Counted from the stretch's first letter, positions 29,215 through 38,962 are shown. The stretch is DNA of 64,000 nucleotides from Bacillales bacterium (GCA_031554185.1 JAVBKE010000023.1:15597-79596), one strand, 5' to 3'. Numbers and translations: made by a program. The notes: generated by a model not told the origin, from the sequence alone.

Positions 29215-30046
29215 TCATGTTTCAGATAACTTAATAGAAGCTGATTCTACAAGAGAGTGGTTGACAGAAGTTTTTTCTAGGTGGCAAAGCAAGAAATCTT
29301 ATTACAACTCAAGCCACGATAAAACCTCTTCTGGGGATAAATGGACTATGTTTGAGTCATATGAAAAGTTTCATGACATATTCTTTGGTAAAGAAAAGTC
29401 ATCATATATTGATGAGATAATTAATTCTAATTTTGAAAATATTTCTCAAGTAACTCAACTAGTTAATCACGACACTGGTAGATCAACAATTTTCAAAGAT
29501 GAATATGCAACATCTGGTCATTATTTAGATATTGGACGATACTTAGAGGGAGAGCCCGAGAGTTGGATGGATTCAGTCAGGCCAGTTAATGAATTAATTG
29601 ACATTTATGTATCTGGATCTATTCATTGTACGACAACGGCAAAAAGAACAGTCGAAGATGCTATTCAATTATCTAAACTTGTATACATCTTGAAGATTAA
29701 AGGGTACAATGCGAGAATATTTTATGTAGACAATGGAACATATGGGACTCTGAAATTCAAAATTAAAGATTTTAGAGATGAATTAAATGTCAGAGAATTA
29801 ATCTTGATTATGCTGCCAGATTTTTACAGAAGATTTGTGTTTCAATTTTTCGAATTAAACCAGGATCTTACAGAAGAGTATGGTCGTGGTGAAGGTTTCC
29901 AACACTTTGTCAATCAATTCTCAGAAAATGTTCTAACAATGAATTTAATGAATCATGACAGTTTGAGAATATCTAACTATTTGCTAGAAAAGGTTGGGAG
30001 TGAAAGAGATGTTCGAACAGTCGTAAGAATGGTAAATGAGAGATAG
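29207..30046 (+). CDS. hypothetical protein (possible degenerate VWA-like partner of AAA+ ATPase)
   Basis: 279 aa; IDIYVSGSIHCTTTAK resembles a degenerate MIDAS motif; inference only. Confidence 0.4.
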   Translation: MNNHVSDNLIEADSTREWLTEVFSRWQSKKSYYNSSHDKTSSGDKWTMFESYEKFHDIFFGKEKSSYIDEIINSNFENISQVTQLVNHDTGRSTIFKDEYATSGHYLDIGRYLEGEPESWMDSVRPVNELIDIYVSGSIHCTTTAKRTVEDAIQLSKLVYILKIKGYNARIFYVDNGTYGTLKFKIKDFRDELNVRELILIMLPDFYRRFVFQFFELNQDLTEEYGRGEGFQHFVNQFSENVLTMNLMNHDSLRISNYLLEKVGSERDVRTVVRMVNER

Positions 30047-30049
30047 AAA

Positions 30050-30751
30050 ATGAAGATTTTAACATTCGGAGACATACACACTAACCATCAAAGAATAGAT
30101 GAAGCGAAGAAATATATTAACGACGTAGATAAAATAGTCTTCTTGGGGGATTATGTAGATGACTTTGACGTTCATCCAATCATGTCATTGATCACATTAG
30201 AAAAACTAATTAGTTTAAAAAAAGAATTTCCAGATAAAGTAGTTCTGTTGTATGGAAATCATGACATGTCATATAAATATGTTTCTATGAGATGCTCAGG
30301 TTGGAATTCTATTACTGAGGGATTCACGAAACCAGTATACGAAAATAACAAAGATTTATTTGATTATTTTTTCGTTTGTGATAAATGGATTTGGAGTCAT
30401 GCTGGAGTCACTCAGTCGTGGTTTGATAAGTTTATGGACCCAAAGAAAAGTTTCCAAGATAATATTGAAGACATGACGTGGAATTATTTTAATGAAGCTG
30501 GCCAAGCTAGGGGAGGAGGATCTGATTATCCTTCTCCAGTTTGGTCAGATAAATCAGAGCTTCTAGCTGATCAATTAATTAATCCACATTTCAATCAAAT
30601 TGTTGGACATACTCCTCAATTAACGATACATTCGGTAGAGGAAGACAGTTTTCCAGTATTGATCTTTTGTGACACAATCAGGGGAGATAAGAGCATTCTT
30701 TATTGGGAAGATGGAGAATATAGGAGAATAGCTCATGGCAAAGAATTATAG
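30050..30751 (+). CDS. calcineurin-like metallophosphoesterase
   Basis: FGDIH...FLGDYVDD...YGNHD signature. Confidence 0.65.
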   Translation: MKILTFGDIHTNHQRIDEAKKYINDVDKIVFLGDYVDDFDVHPIMSLITLEKLISLKKEFPDKVVLLYGNHDMSYKYVSMRCSGWNSITEGFTKPVYENNKDLFDYFFVCDKWIWSHAGVTQSWFDKFMDPKKSFQDNIEDMTWNYFNEAGQARGGGSDYPSPVWSDKSELLADQLINPHFNQIVGHTPQLTIHSVEEDSFPVLIFCDTIRGDKSILYWEDGEYRRIAHGKEL

Positions 30752-31103
30752 TGAAAAAGATTTTGTTGATTTTGCAAACTCAATAGGGTTTGAACTTAAA
30801 AAAGACCAAAACGGAAAATTATTCTACATGAAAGAGGATTCGAAGATAAACTTTTGCGACATTGGGGCTTTTTTTAAAGTTTTAGAATTACAAAAATATA
30901 AAAATCTTAAAGACTTTGGGAATGATGCATTGTTATCTCTGGGAGAGACCAAAAAACCAAAAGGAGATATTACAAAAGATGTATTAAAAAAATGTCTTAA
31001 AGAGAGTGTTGAAAGAGAAAATAAGATTAAAAAATATCTCAAATCAGAAATAGTTTATTTTGAAGAAAATATAAAAAACATAAACGATAAGTTTAAAGAC
31101 TAG
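30735..31103 (+). CDS. hypothetical protein
   Basis: 122-aa Lys-rich ORF. Confidence 0.4.
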   Translation: MAKNYSEKDFVDFANSIGFELKKDQNGKLFYMKEDSKINFCDIGAFFKVLELQKYKNLKDFGNDALLSLGETKKPKGDITKDVLKKCLKESVERENKIKKYLKSEIVYFEENIKNINDKFKD

Positions 31104-31285
31104 TGATATATAATAGGTTTCATGGGGATGAAATTGGAATCGATCATTGGATAGCGAAATAAACGGTCAAGAATCTAAGTAGCAACAACCCAATGAGACC
31201 CGGCTTCGATTGCCGGCATCTCCACCAAGATTTACTTTTCAAGCATTTTGATTTATAATTATATTACTTACATAAGGAGGTGAAT

Positions 31286-31729
31286 ATGGAAGAGAATAAA
31301 AATTATGACTTTTATTTTGCTAGTGGATGGTTTAGTCCTGAGCAAGTAGCAAACTACGATCTCTTAGTTCCAAAATTGAAAGAAGCAGGTTTAACATTAT
31401 TTGAGCCTCGATATAAAGCTGGAGAACTTGAGAGTGGACCTCTTACTCTCGATCGAGCGAAAAAGATTTTTAAAGCTGACCTTGATGGCATAGATGCATG
31501 TGATGGCATGTTTGCTGATATCACTTTCCGAGACACTGGTGTGCTGTTCGAGATCGGATATGCATGTGCCAAGGGAATTCCAATCGTGTTATTTGATAAC
31601 TCAAAAGGAAAACCATTTAACGTCATGTTGGCAGGAACAGCTAAAAGTTGCTTGAGAACCGAGAAAGATATTGAGAACTGGCTGTCTGGTGATGTTGTCT
31701 ACAATTTGAAAGAAACGGAACTTCAATAA
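31286..31729 (+). CDS. nucleoside 2-deoxyribosyltransferase family protein
   Basis: FYFASGWFSPEQ and DTGVLFEIGYA motifs match NDT/Rcl family; ATG 31286 after AAGGAGG. Confidence 0.7.
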   Translation: MEENKNYDFYFASGWFSPEQVANYDLLVPKLKEAGLTLFEPRYKAGELESGPLTLDRAKKIFKADLDGIDACDGMFADITFRDTGVLFEIGYACAKGIPIVLFDNSKGKPFNVMLAGTAKSCLRTEKDIENWLSGDVVYNLKETELQ

Positions 31730-31730
31730 A

Positions 31731-32663
31731 ATGCCAGTAAATAATTCTATCGAGAGAGTCAAACACTCAGTTGAGAACTTCTTTGGAATAAAGCCAAAAA
31801 CGAAGTTCAAAATGTTAGAAGAAAATATTTCTGTAAAATTAGTTGATGGAAGCTACCAAACATGGGAACAACTACTTGAATCAATTCCAAGTTTTGTTTC
31901 AGCGACATGGGGTTTAAAAACAGAGTTTTCTGAAGAAGAAAAAGAAGAAATCGTTATGAAGATGTTTAAGAACGAACATCTTCCAGGAGCTCAAGAAACT
32001 TTTAGATTTACGTTTTTGGTAGACAACATGACATATGTAGAGGTCAGCCATTTTTTGAGGCATCGTGAAGTAACATTCTCTGCGGTCTGCACTGGAGATA
32101 GAAATCTTGCCCAAGACGACATATTGATTCCTGAATCAATAATGAACATGCCAAAACTTTGTAAAAAGTATATGGAAACTTGCCAGATTCAAAAAGAATT
32201 GTATCAAGAAGCAGTTGATTCAAAATTGGTGTCTCATATGGATGCACGATATATGCTTCCAAAGTCAACAAGGCAAACATACTTTATGAGTATGGATTGG
32301 CGAACTCTTGTGAAGATCATCAATCAAAGGATGGATCGACAAATTCAGCCAAAGGGAGATAACTTGATTGCATATGGAATGTGGAATGCAATTCTCGAAG
32401 CTTATCCAAAATTGAAAGAATTGAACATAGTAAACGTTGATTCGATGAACAAGTTTTATGTTGCAAATGCTCGAAAAGAGATGACGACTAATTTGTATTA
32501 TCCAGAAAAACAAAATGATGTTTTCGATTTTAGAGAAGACGACTTTGTTTATCAAGGAAATCGAGAAGATTTTAATGGAAAAGCTCCAAAAGGAACTTCT
32601 TCAAAATTCCAAAAACTTCTTGAAAAATACCGAGAAAAGTTTAATGGAAAAACAGATAGTTAA
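31731..32663 (+). CDS. thyX: flavin-dependent thymidylate synthase (ThyX)-like
   Basis: LRHREVTFS RHR motif; spacing differs from canonical RHRx7S. Confidence 0.45.
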   Translation: MPVNNSIERVKHSVENFFGIKPKTKFKMLEENISVKLVDGSYQTWEQLLESIPSFVSATWGLKTEFSEEEKEEIVMKMFKNEHLPGAQETFRFTFLVDNMTYVEVSHFLRHREVTFSAVCTGDRNLAQDDILIPESIMNMPKLCKKYMETCQIQKELYQEAVDSKLVSHMDARYMLPKSTRQTYFMSMDWRTLVKIINQRMDRQIQPKGDNLIAYGMWNAILEAYPKLKELNIVNVDSMNKFYVANARKEMTTNLYYPEKQNDVFDFREDDFVYQGNREDFNGKAPKGTSSKFQKLLEKYREKFNGKTDS

Positions 32664-33462
32664 AGACAAATACTTAAACTTATTTGTTTATTATGTGAAT
32701 ATGGCAATGGGGGACAAAAAGTCTCCCATTGATCTTGTAGCAAAAAAATTAAATCCTGTGTTTGATTTTCCCGACCCAAGAAGAGAAAAACAGCCAATGG
32801 CGATATTATGCTTTGAAATCCAAAAACAACATAATTATTCTAACGAAGAGCTATTTAACCTGATAGTATTTTCTAGATTGTGCTGGAATCCAGAAACGAT
32901 AGAATACATTACATATTTATGCAGACCATCGATAGAAAATCTTGAAAATGGAAAGTTCGAACAAGCGTGTATTGACACAAAGAAGAAGAAAAATAAGTTC
33001 TGGTCTAATTCTTATATGCCACCAGGTTGCACAAACTTTAGTGACTTATGCAATGTATTGAAAGAATTGTTTTATGAAGTTTTTAAAAAAGATCTTTCTG
33101 CTGAAGAAGCATACATGACAATAAATTCAAAAAAAGGACTTGGGCAATTTTATTCAAACCTTCTAGTTTCCGATATTCATTTTTGTGTTAAAGAATTCAG
33201 AGAATTCGACAAGTATTTCCCGAAACCAGGAAGCGGAGCAATTGAAGGTTATAAAAAAATAACTGGAAAGAAATATGACAAGGAAAGCTTTGCCAGAAGC
33301 ATTCTAGAGGTCCAGGATAAACTTAAAGAGCTAAATATGGATTTACACTATACTCAAATAGAAGATGAATACTGTGAGTTCAACAAGTACTTAAGAGAAT
33401 TTGAGAAAGTTTCAAAAAAGTCTCAAGAAAGAATCATAGACAATATTTACTTTTTGAAATAA
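32644..33462 (+). CDS. hypothetical protein within nucleotide-metabolism cluster
   Basis: start ATG 32644 overlapping upstream gene by 20 nt. Confidence 0.4.
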   Translation: MEKQIVKDKYLNLFVYYVNMAMGDKKSPIDLVAKKLNPVFDFPDPRREKQPMAILCFEIQKQHNYSNEELFNLIVFSRLCWNPETIEYITYLCRPSIENLENGKFEQACIDTKKKKNKFWSNSYMPPGCTNFSDLCNVLKELFYEVFKKDLSAEEAYMTINSKKGLGQFYSNLLVSDIHFCVKEFREFDKYFPKPGSGAIEGYKKITGKKYDKESFARSILEVQDKLKELNMDLHYTQIEDEYCEFNKYLREFEKVSKKSQERIIDNIYFLK

Positions 33463-33498
33463 TAGGTTTAAAATTAAATCAAGATTAAGGAGGGAAAT

Positions 33499-34092
33499 AT
33501 GGAAGAAGATCTGTTAATTGAATTACGAGAAAATGGTTGTTTACAAGTATTTCTCAAGATAAATGATTCTAACCTTTACAAACAATTTAATGTCAATCGA
33601 TGGTCTGGTAGGCAATTTATTAAGGAACAAAACGATGGAGAGCATCATGCGATTGTTGCTCAAACTATAGTTAAAGTTTGTGAACATTATGACAAACAAT
33701 TGACATTCGAGCAAAAATATAAAGCGCTAGCCCTTGGTTCGATTCATGATTTAGGTGAAATCGAGACAAATGACATCTCTCATGTTTTTAAGCAAAAGCA
33801 TCCAGATATCAAGAAAAAACTTGAAGAATTAGAAGATGAAATCATATCGTCAATTCCAGGATATGAAACTATTTACACGGAAGCAATAAATGATCCGGTG
33901 ACTGAGGCGATTTTTAAAATCGGAGATAATATCGATTGTTATCTTTATACAGGAAGAGAAATTGAGCTTGGCACGAAGAATAAAGAGTTAATTCAAATAC
34001 ATAAAGATTCTGGAAAACGAGTTTCTCAATGGATTGAAAGACTTGATAATTTGATCAATAACAAGGAAGCAAAGCATGTCGAAGACCACTAA
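33499..34092 (+). CDS. HD-domain phosphohydrolase (5'-deoxynucleotidase-like)
   Basis: H..H ... LGSIHDLGE ... D pattern; AAGGAGGG RBS. Confidence 0.55.
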   Translation: MEEDLLIELRENGCLQVFLKINDSNLYKQFNVNRWSGRQFIKEQNDGEHHAIVAQTIVKVCEHYDKQLTFEQKYKALALGSIHDLGEIETNDISHVFKQKHPDIKKKLEELEDEIISSIPGYETIYTEAINDPVTEAIFKIGDNIDCYLYTGREIELGTKNKELIQIHKDSGKRVSQWIERLDNLINNKEAKHVEDH

Positions 34093-34537
34093 AAAACAAT
34101 ACATGGTTTTCTTTGAAGGTGTCGACAACTCTGGGAAAACATCGATCAAAGAAGCATTTGGAAAATTGTGTAATCAACATCATTTATTATTAGATAGAGG
34201 AACAATAAGTCTCAAAGCTTACGATAAAAGATATGGTCGAAACATTTATTCAAACGAATTAGAGAATGAATTGTCCGATAAAGAAAATGTGATAATCGTT
34301 TATTGTTTTGCAGATATCGAAGATCTTGAATATCGGTGTATGAAAACAGGTCATGAGCCAGTTGATTACAAAAAAGATATTTCTTTCTTTGGATGGGCTC
34401 TAGATAATTCTTCGTACAAAAAGGTTTTATACCTTAATACTAGTTTAGTCTCGATAAGTGACTGTGCTAAAACAATAGAAAAGTACATAGATTCTCTTGA
34501 TCTAAGCAGAGAACTTGAAAACGGAGGTTTCTTGTAG
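34076..34537 (+). CDS. P-loop (d)NMP kinase (thymidylate kinase-like)
   Basis: FFEGVDNSGKTS P-loop resembling Tmk EGxDGxGKTT. Confidence 0.5.
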   Translation: MSKTTKKQYMVFFEGVDNSGKTSIKEAFGKLCNQHHLLLDRGTISLKAYDKRYGRNIYSNELENELSDKENVIIVYCFADIEDLEYRCMKTGHEPVDYKKDISFFGWALDNSSYKKVLYLNTSLVSISDCAKTIEKYIDSLDLSRELENGGFL

Positions 34538-34851
34538 TGGCACTTCCTCAATCTGTAACTCAAGTCAATGAACACGCCAAGTACTATCTTGAACAAGAGC
34601 AAAAAAGAGATGCTGTTGTAAAAGAAAAAGAAGAGCAACGAAAGAAAATGTTTCAAGACTATACTTTTGAGAAATCGATTAATAAACATTTTTCAGTTTA
34701 TAAAAAAGATCATATGACAGAAGAAGACGAACAAATGGGGGTCTCGTATCGTATTGATTTTACAGTTCAAGATGTTCAGTGTCACATATTTTCAAATGAA
34801 AGTATGATTGAAAGTAAAGTTAAAACAATTAAAGAAAGGTTTTCAAAATGA
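34537..34851 (+). CDS. hypothetical protein
   Basis: 104-aa ORF (GTG start). Confidence 0.35.
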   Translation: MALPQSVTQVNEHAKYYLEQEQKRDAVVKEKEEQRKKMFQDYTFEKSINKHFSVYKKDHMTEEDEQMGVSYRIDFTVQDVQCHIFSNESMIESKVKTIKERFSK

Positions 34852-35072
34852 CAGAAGCTCAAATGAGAAAACTTATCGCTGAAGAATTTCCAGGATCAAT
34901 AATAGATTTTTTTGACAGAGGAGAAGATAGATGCGTCAGAGTAGAGTTTGAAGAAAAAGCCGCTGTAACTGAGATATGTAAAATCGATGGAGTCATTCCA
35001 ACTAACTTAGTTCTTGATGATGTTTACCAAGGGTATAGAGTTGAATTAATAAAACTAAAGGAGAAGAAATAA
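34848..35072 (+). CDS. hypothetical protein
   Basis: 74-aa ORF. Confidence 0.35.
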   Translation: MTEAQMRKLIAEEFPGSIIDFFDRGEDRCVRVEFEEKAAVTEICKIDGVIPTNLVLDDVYQGYRVELIKLKEKK

Positions 35073-35073
35073 T

Positions 35074-35502
35074 ATGAAAATTAAACTTACAAATCCAGCA
35101 GGAATCATTGACGAAGAATTCCAAAAATCAGTTCCTGTTAGGCAATATTACAATGATGCTGGCGCTGACGTGTTTTCTCCCATTGAGGTTGTCGTTATGC
35201 CTGGAGAAACAAAAAGAATTGGGTTAGGTTTTGGAATTCAAATGCCAGATGGATTTATGGGAATGTTGATGCCGAAAAGCGGTTTATCTTCGGAAGGAAT
35301 ATTTGCTCAAGTCCCACCTATTGACCCAGGCTATACTGGAGAAATAAATGTTGTTCTTTACAATTCGACAAAAGAAAATAGAAAGTTCGAAAAAGGACAC
35401 AAACTTGCTCAACTTGTAATTGTTCCAGTAATTATACCAGAATTAGTTGTAGAGCTCGGAGAGGAGAGAGGTAATGGTGGATTCGGAAGCACAGGAAAGT
35501 AA
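35074..35502 (+). CDS. dut: dUTP diphosphatase
   Basis: dUTPase motifs AGADVFSP, C-terminal RGNGGFGSTGK; AAGGAG RBS. Confidence 0.7.
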   Translation: MKIKLTNPAGIIDEEFQKSVPVRQYYNDAGADVFSPIEVVVMPGETKRIGLGFGIQMPDGFMGMLMPKSGLSSEGIFAQVPPIDPGYTGEINVVLYNSTKENRKFEKGHKLAQLVIVPVIIPELVVELGEERGNGGFGSTGK

Positions 35503-35773
35503 CACTTTTCAAGTAACATATATTGGAGAGACTAGAAACAGCCTCTACGGAAACTATCAGTACAGACTTTCTTACTGCGAGCGAGACGGAGAAGAATATA
35601 AACTTTATCTTCGTTTCAAAGACTGGCATATTTGCGAAGGTGACAGAATTGAAGCTGAGATGCTCAATCAAGACACATTAAACTCAAAAACTGTTCAATT
35701 GGTAAGTAGAGACTCCAGTCAAATCGGATTAGACATCGATGAAATGATTGACAATGCAACGATCGACGTATAA
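35474..35773 (+). CDS. hypothetical protein
   Basis: 99-aa ORF. Confidence 0.35.
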   Translation: MVDSEAQESNTFQVTYIGETRNSLYGNYQYRLSYCERDGEEYKLYLRFKDWHICEGDRIEAEMLNQDTLNSKTVQLVSRDSSQIGLDIDEMIDNATIDV

Positions 35774-36071
35774 AGACAGAGTAAACAAGGTGGCTGATTG
35801 GTCTTTGTATGTACTAGAATTAGAAGACGATTTTTATTATGTGGGAATTACTCAATCTAATTTTTTGTCAACTAGGTTTTTGCAACATTGCGGAGAGGAG
35901 ATTGGTGTAGGACATCCGTCCCATATATGCACCTTACATCGACCTAAAAAAATAATTTATTCTCGAGAATTCAAAAATACGTTGGGAACTGATGTAGAAA
36001 AATATGAAGACTTAGTAACGAAAAATCTCAGAAGGTCTGGAAAGAAAGCATATGGCGGGAAGTACCTTTAA
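35748..36071 (+). CDS. hypothetical protein, possible GIY-YIG-like
   Basis: YVLELEDDFYYVGIT weakly resembles a GIY-YIG core. Confidence 0.3.
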   Translation: MTMQRSTYKDRVNKVADWSLYVLELEDDFYYVGITQSNFLSTRFLQHCGEEIGVGHPSHICTLHRPKKIIYSREFKNTLGTDVEKYEDLVTKNLRRSGKKAYGGKYL

Positions 36072-36579
36072 AATAAAGCCTTGCAAAGAGTGCGGAAGTT
36101 CCTTCCATCAAGCTTGGCAATGTCCTGTTAGAATGAAGAAAAAACTTCAAGATAGTAAAACAACAACTACTATAAAGAAGTCATCTCCTGCATCATCTGG
36201 TGAATCCAGGGGAAGTATAATTGATAAACTTGATGTTACTTTTGCTCAATATATAAAAGAAAAACAAAGACAAGAAAACTATGGACAGAATTTTTGTTTT
36301 ATTTGTCAAAAGAAATTGACTAAAGAGAATACGTTTGCGATGCACTTTATCAATAGGAGGTTCGTTGCTGTGAGGTTTGATGAAGATAATGTTAAGCCAG
36401 GTTGTTGGGAGTGCAACAATATAAAGCACGGAAATCTTGAAGAATACGAAAAACAATTAGGAGAAGATGTAGTCTTTGAAATCAATCTCAGAAAACAAAA
36501 TAAAGTTTATACATATCAGTTGAAAGAACTTTTAAAAGAATATAAAGGCAAGTTAAAATATTTACAAAAAATGGTATAA
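36052..36579 (+). CDS. Zn-finger / HNH-like (NinG/Rap-like) protein
   Basis: CKECGSSFHQAWQCP, CFICQ, CWECNNIKHGN cysteine/His motifs. Confidence 0.4.
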   Translation: MAGSTFKIKPCKECGSSFHQAWQCPVRMKKKLQDSKTTTTIKKSSPASSGESRGSIIDKLDVTFAQYIKEKQRQENYGQNFCFICQKKLTKENTFAMHFINRRFVAVRFDEDNVKPGCWECNNIKHGNLEEYEKQLGEDVVFEINLRKQNKVYTYQLKELLKEYKGKLKYLQKMV

Positions 36580-36580
36580 T
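36572..36580 (+). promoter_or_regulatory. extended -10 promoter element TGGTATAAT
   Basis: TGnTATAAT 20 nt upstream of the 36600 gene. Confidence 0.35.
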
Positions 36581-36599
36581 AGTCAAAAATGGAGGAAAA

Positions 36600-37268
36600 A
36601 TGCAGCACTTAAAAGAACGAGAATTCGATATCAACAATATTCAAAAAGTTGATATCAATGAAGTCAAATACAACACATGGAATCCGAAACAAAAAAGAAC
36701 AAAAGAGTATGAAAAGGTTTTCAAGTCTATCGAAAAGAACGGATCCCTTGCTCCAATTTTTGTCAGAGAAATTGATGATGAAAACTTTGGTTATGAAATT
36801 GTTGATGGAGCTCAAAGATATACAGCTATGCTTGATCTTTCGTACCCAGAAGTTTATATTTACAACCTAGGAAAAATCACTGACGAAGAAGGGCAAGCTT
36901 TAACTTTATATTTAGATCAAAGTGTTCCATTCGACGATGATATGTTAGGAAAGTTGTTGTCAGACCTTCAAAGAACTGTTGATTTGCCTTACACAGATGA
37001 AGAAATTGCTTTATTTTCTGGAATTGACATTTCTATCGAAGAAGATGAAGATGGTGACGACTTTGATATTACATCGAAACTAAAAGATTTTCGAATTAAG
37101 ATCACAAAAAATCAATATAATGAAGCGTTGAACTTCTTCAATGTTAAAAACGAAGAACTTGAGCACAGTTTTACTTCGATATTCATGACAATGATTAGAG
37201 AGTCGAATAATTTAGAATTCAAAGAAGAGAACCTTCAAAATGCAGAAGATGAACTCATCGACGAATAG
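36600..37268 (+). CDS. ParB-like nuclease domain protein
   Basis: YEIVDGAQRYTAM matches ParB/Srx core; GGAGG RBS. Confidence 0.5.
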   Translation: MQHLKEREFDINNIQKVDINEVKYNTWNPKQKRTKEYEKVFKSIEKNGSLAPIFVREIDDENFGYEIVDGAQRYTAMLDLSYPEVYIYNLGKITDEEGQALTLYLDQSVPFDDDMLGKLLSDLQRTVDLPYTDEEIALFSGIDISIEEDEDGDDFDITSKLKDFRIKITKNQYNEALNFFNVKNEELEHSFTSIFMTMIRESNNLEFKEENLQNAEDELIDE

Positions 37269-38178
37269 CAGGGCATTTGTTGTCTTGTGCAACAATGTAA
37301 AGTTTTTTTACAGATTCTGTCTATGGTTCCCGAAAGAGGAATTTAAAGATTACGATTTTTATGTAGTTTTCGACAATAGATTGAAAGATATAAAAAATGA
37401 ACTCGAGAGTGTCAGAGATAGTTTTGACAATAAAAATATAAGAAAAATTAATGTAGTCAATGGAGATGAAATCTTAGACTACTACAAGGATGAGTTTAAA
37501 TATGCTTATAAGAATAAGTTTTGTTTGAATAATTTGAAAGATGTCTTTTATTTAGAAAAATATGATTATGTTTACGGTCAAGATGACGATATCGTTGTAT
37601 TTCGAAAAGGAAAACTATTTGACACTAAGAGTAATGTTTTCGTAGTCGCAGGAAACCTGTCAGAAATAAAGACATTTAATGAGCTTAGAATGGAAATTCT
37701 TCCAAGGTACAAAATATTCATTAGAGACTACATTGGAGATAAGACAACAGATTTCCATGTTGGTCAGTATTTCTTAAATAAATCGTTTTTAGAAAATTAT
37801 AAAAATGCTATTTCAGCTATATATAATTGTGAAAAATTTGTTGATGATGTAATCGATATAAAATCAGCTTCTGATTTGAATGCATGGTACTTAGACAGCC
37901 AAATTATAAAATTAGCACTTCATCATGGAAAATTTGTTGACAGGAAAAAGATTAAATTCGCTGAAATAATTCCAAACAAATTCATCAAGACTAGAGCAGT
38001 AGAAGTAACAAAAAAGACTTTGATGTTTCATTATGCTGGAGGAAAAAAAGAAGAAATCTATAAGAAATTAATCCCCTATCTTGAAAAGTATGCAAAAAAG
38101 AATGAAACAACAATAACTGGCGAAGATGACATGTCGTTTGTCAGCAGAAAATATTTTGAGTCTCAAGTAATAGAATAG
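37240..38178 (+). CDS. hypothetical protein (possible DxD-type glycosyltransferase)
   Basis: 312-aa ORF; GQDDDIVVF acidic motif; weak inference. Confidence 0.4.
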   Translation: MQKMNSSTNSRAFVVLCNNVKFFYRFCLWFPKEEFKDYDFYVVFDNRLKDIKNELESVRDSFDNKNIRKINVVNGDEILDYYKDEFKYAYKNKFCLNNLKDVFYLEKYDYVYGQDDDIVVFRKGKLFDTKSNVFVVAGNLSEIKTFNELRMEILPRYKIFIRDYIGDKTTDFHVGQYFLNKSFLENYKNAISAIYNCEKFVDDVIDIKSASDLNAWYLDSQIIKLALHHGKFVDRKKIKFAEIIPNKFIKTRAVEVTKKTLMFHYAGGKKEEIYKKLIPYLEKYAKKNETTITGEDDMSFVSRKYFESQVIE

Positions 38179-38203
38179 ATTTTGAGTATAATTCTATAGA
38201 CGT

Positions 38204-38268
38204 GGTGCCTCCCCTCGTTGTAGCCCAGAACAAACCATCATGGAAAAATCTGGGCACCTTTTATTTTT
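38204..38268 (+). terminator. nested hairpin terminator-like structure
   Basis: ggtgcc...(cccaga..tctggg)...ggcacc followed by ttttattttt. Confidence 0.35.
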
Positions 38269-38275
38269 GCCAAAA

Positions 38276-38284
38276 AATGGTATA
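38276..38284 (+). promoter_or_regulatory. extended -10 promoter TGGTATAAT
   Basis: followed by AGGAGG RBS and the 38311 gene. Confidence 0.4.
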
Positions 38285-38310
38285 ATAAGATTAATTCTAT
38301 AGGAGGAATG

Positions 38311-38685
38311 ATGACAAATAGAGAATATTTTAAACAAGTCGCGAAATTATCAAAAAAAATTGGTAAGAAACTTGGTGTTGTCGACATCAAAGTTTTGGGA
38401 CAAATTTCGATGGATGGGGTAACTGGTGACATTTCTTATGCTGCTCAATATTCATCACCAGCTGATGGCGTAGCACCATTAACATTTTTGAAAGATTCGC
38501 CTGAAGCAGTGATTGATGCAATCAAAAAACAAATCAAAGAATACAGCCCAGAATTGTTAGAAATTGCTTATCATGAAGCTCAAGCAAATCACGCTCAAAA
38601 CACATCAACGAGTCACCAAAAGATTGTTGAAGAGTTGAAAGCTACTTATGCAGAAAAAGAAGTCAGTCGTGGCAATAAAAATTGA
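38311..38685 (+). CDS. hypothetical protein
   Basis: ATG 38311 7 nt after AGGAGG (track start 38308). Confidence 0.45.
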   Translation: MTNREYFKQVAKLSKKIGKKLGVVDIKVLGQISMDGVTGDISYAAQYSSPADGVAPLTFLKDSPEAVIDAIKKQIKEYSPELLEIAYHEAQANHAQNTSTSHQKIVEELKATYAEKEVSRGNKN

Positions 38686-38944
38686 TGAATTAAGAGAGAA
38701 AAGGTCTCAGCAAATTGCACCTTCGAAATTTGAAGAAAAGAAAACAGTGATGTCAGAACCTATTTCGGAAAATTCAAAAAAAGAAGATGAACTTGTCGAA
38801 AAGCAGTTTGATCAATTTGCTAAAAATACCAATGCTTTAGTAATATTTTTTTGGTTAATTATTGCATCTCTATCAATTGTAGTTTTAGCAATTGCAGGAG
38901 CTCTTGTTTCATTAATAATTAAAGGTATTACTTTATTATTTTAA
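38648..38944 (+). CDS. hypothetical protein with C-terminal transmembrane helix
   Basis: 98-aa ORF; hydrophobic C-terminus. Confidence 0.4.
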   Translation: MQKKKSVVAIKIDELREKRSQQIAPSKFEEKKTVMSEPISENSKKEDELVEKQFDQFAKNTNALVIFFWLIIASLSIVVLAIAGALVSLIIKGITLLF

Positions 38945-38947
38945 GTA

Positions 38948-38956
38948 TGGTATAAT
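38948..38956 (+). promoter_or_regulatory. extended -10 promoter TGGTATAAT
   Basis: TGnTATAAT directly after the 38944 stop. Confidence 0.4.
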
Positions 38957-38962
38957 GTCAAC

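Noticed and set aside
29207-30046. Calling the 279-aa protein a bona fide VWA domain protein
   Set aside because: Only a degenerate DxSxS-like stretch (YVSGS) is visible; insufficient without profile evidence, so left as hypothetical in the features
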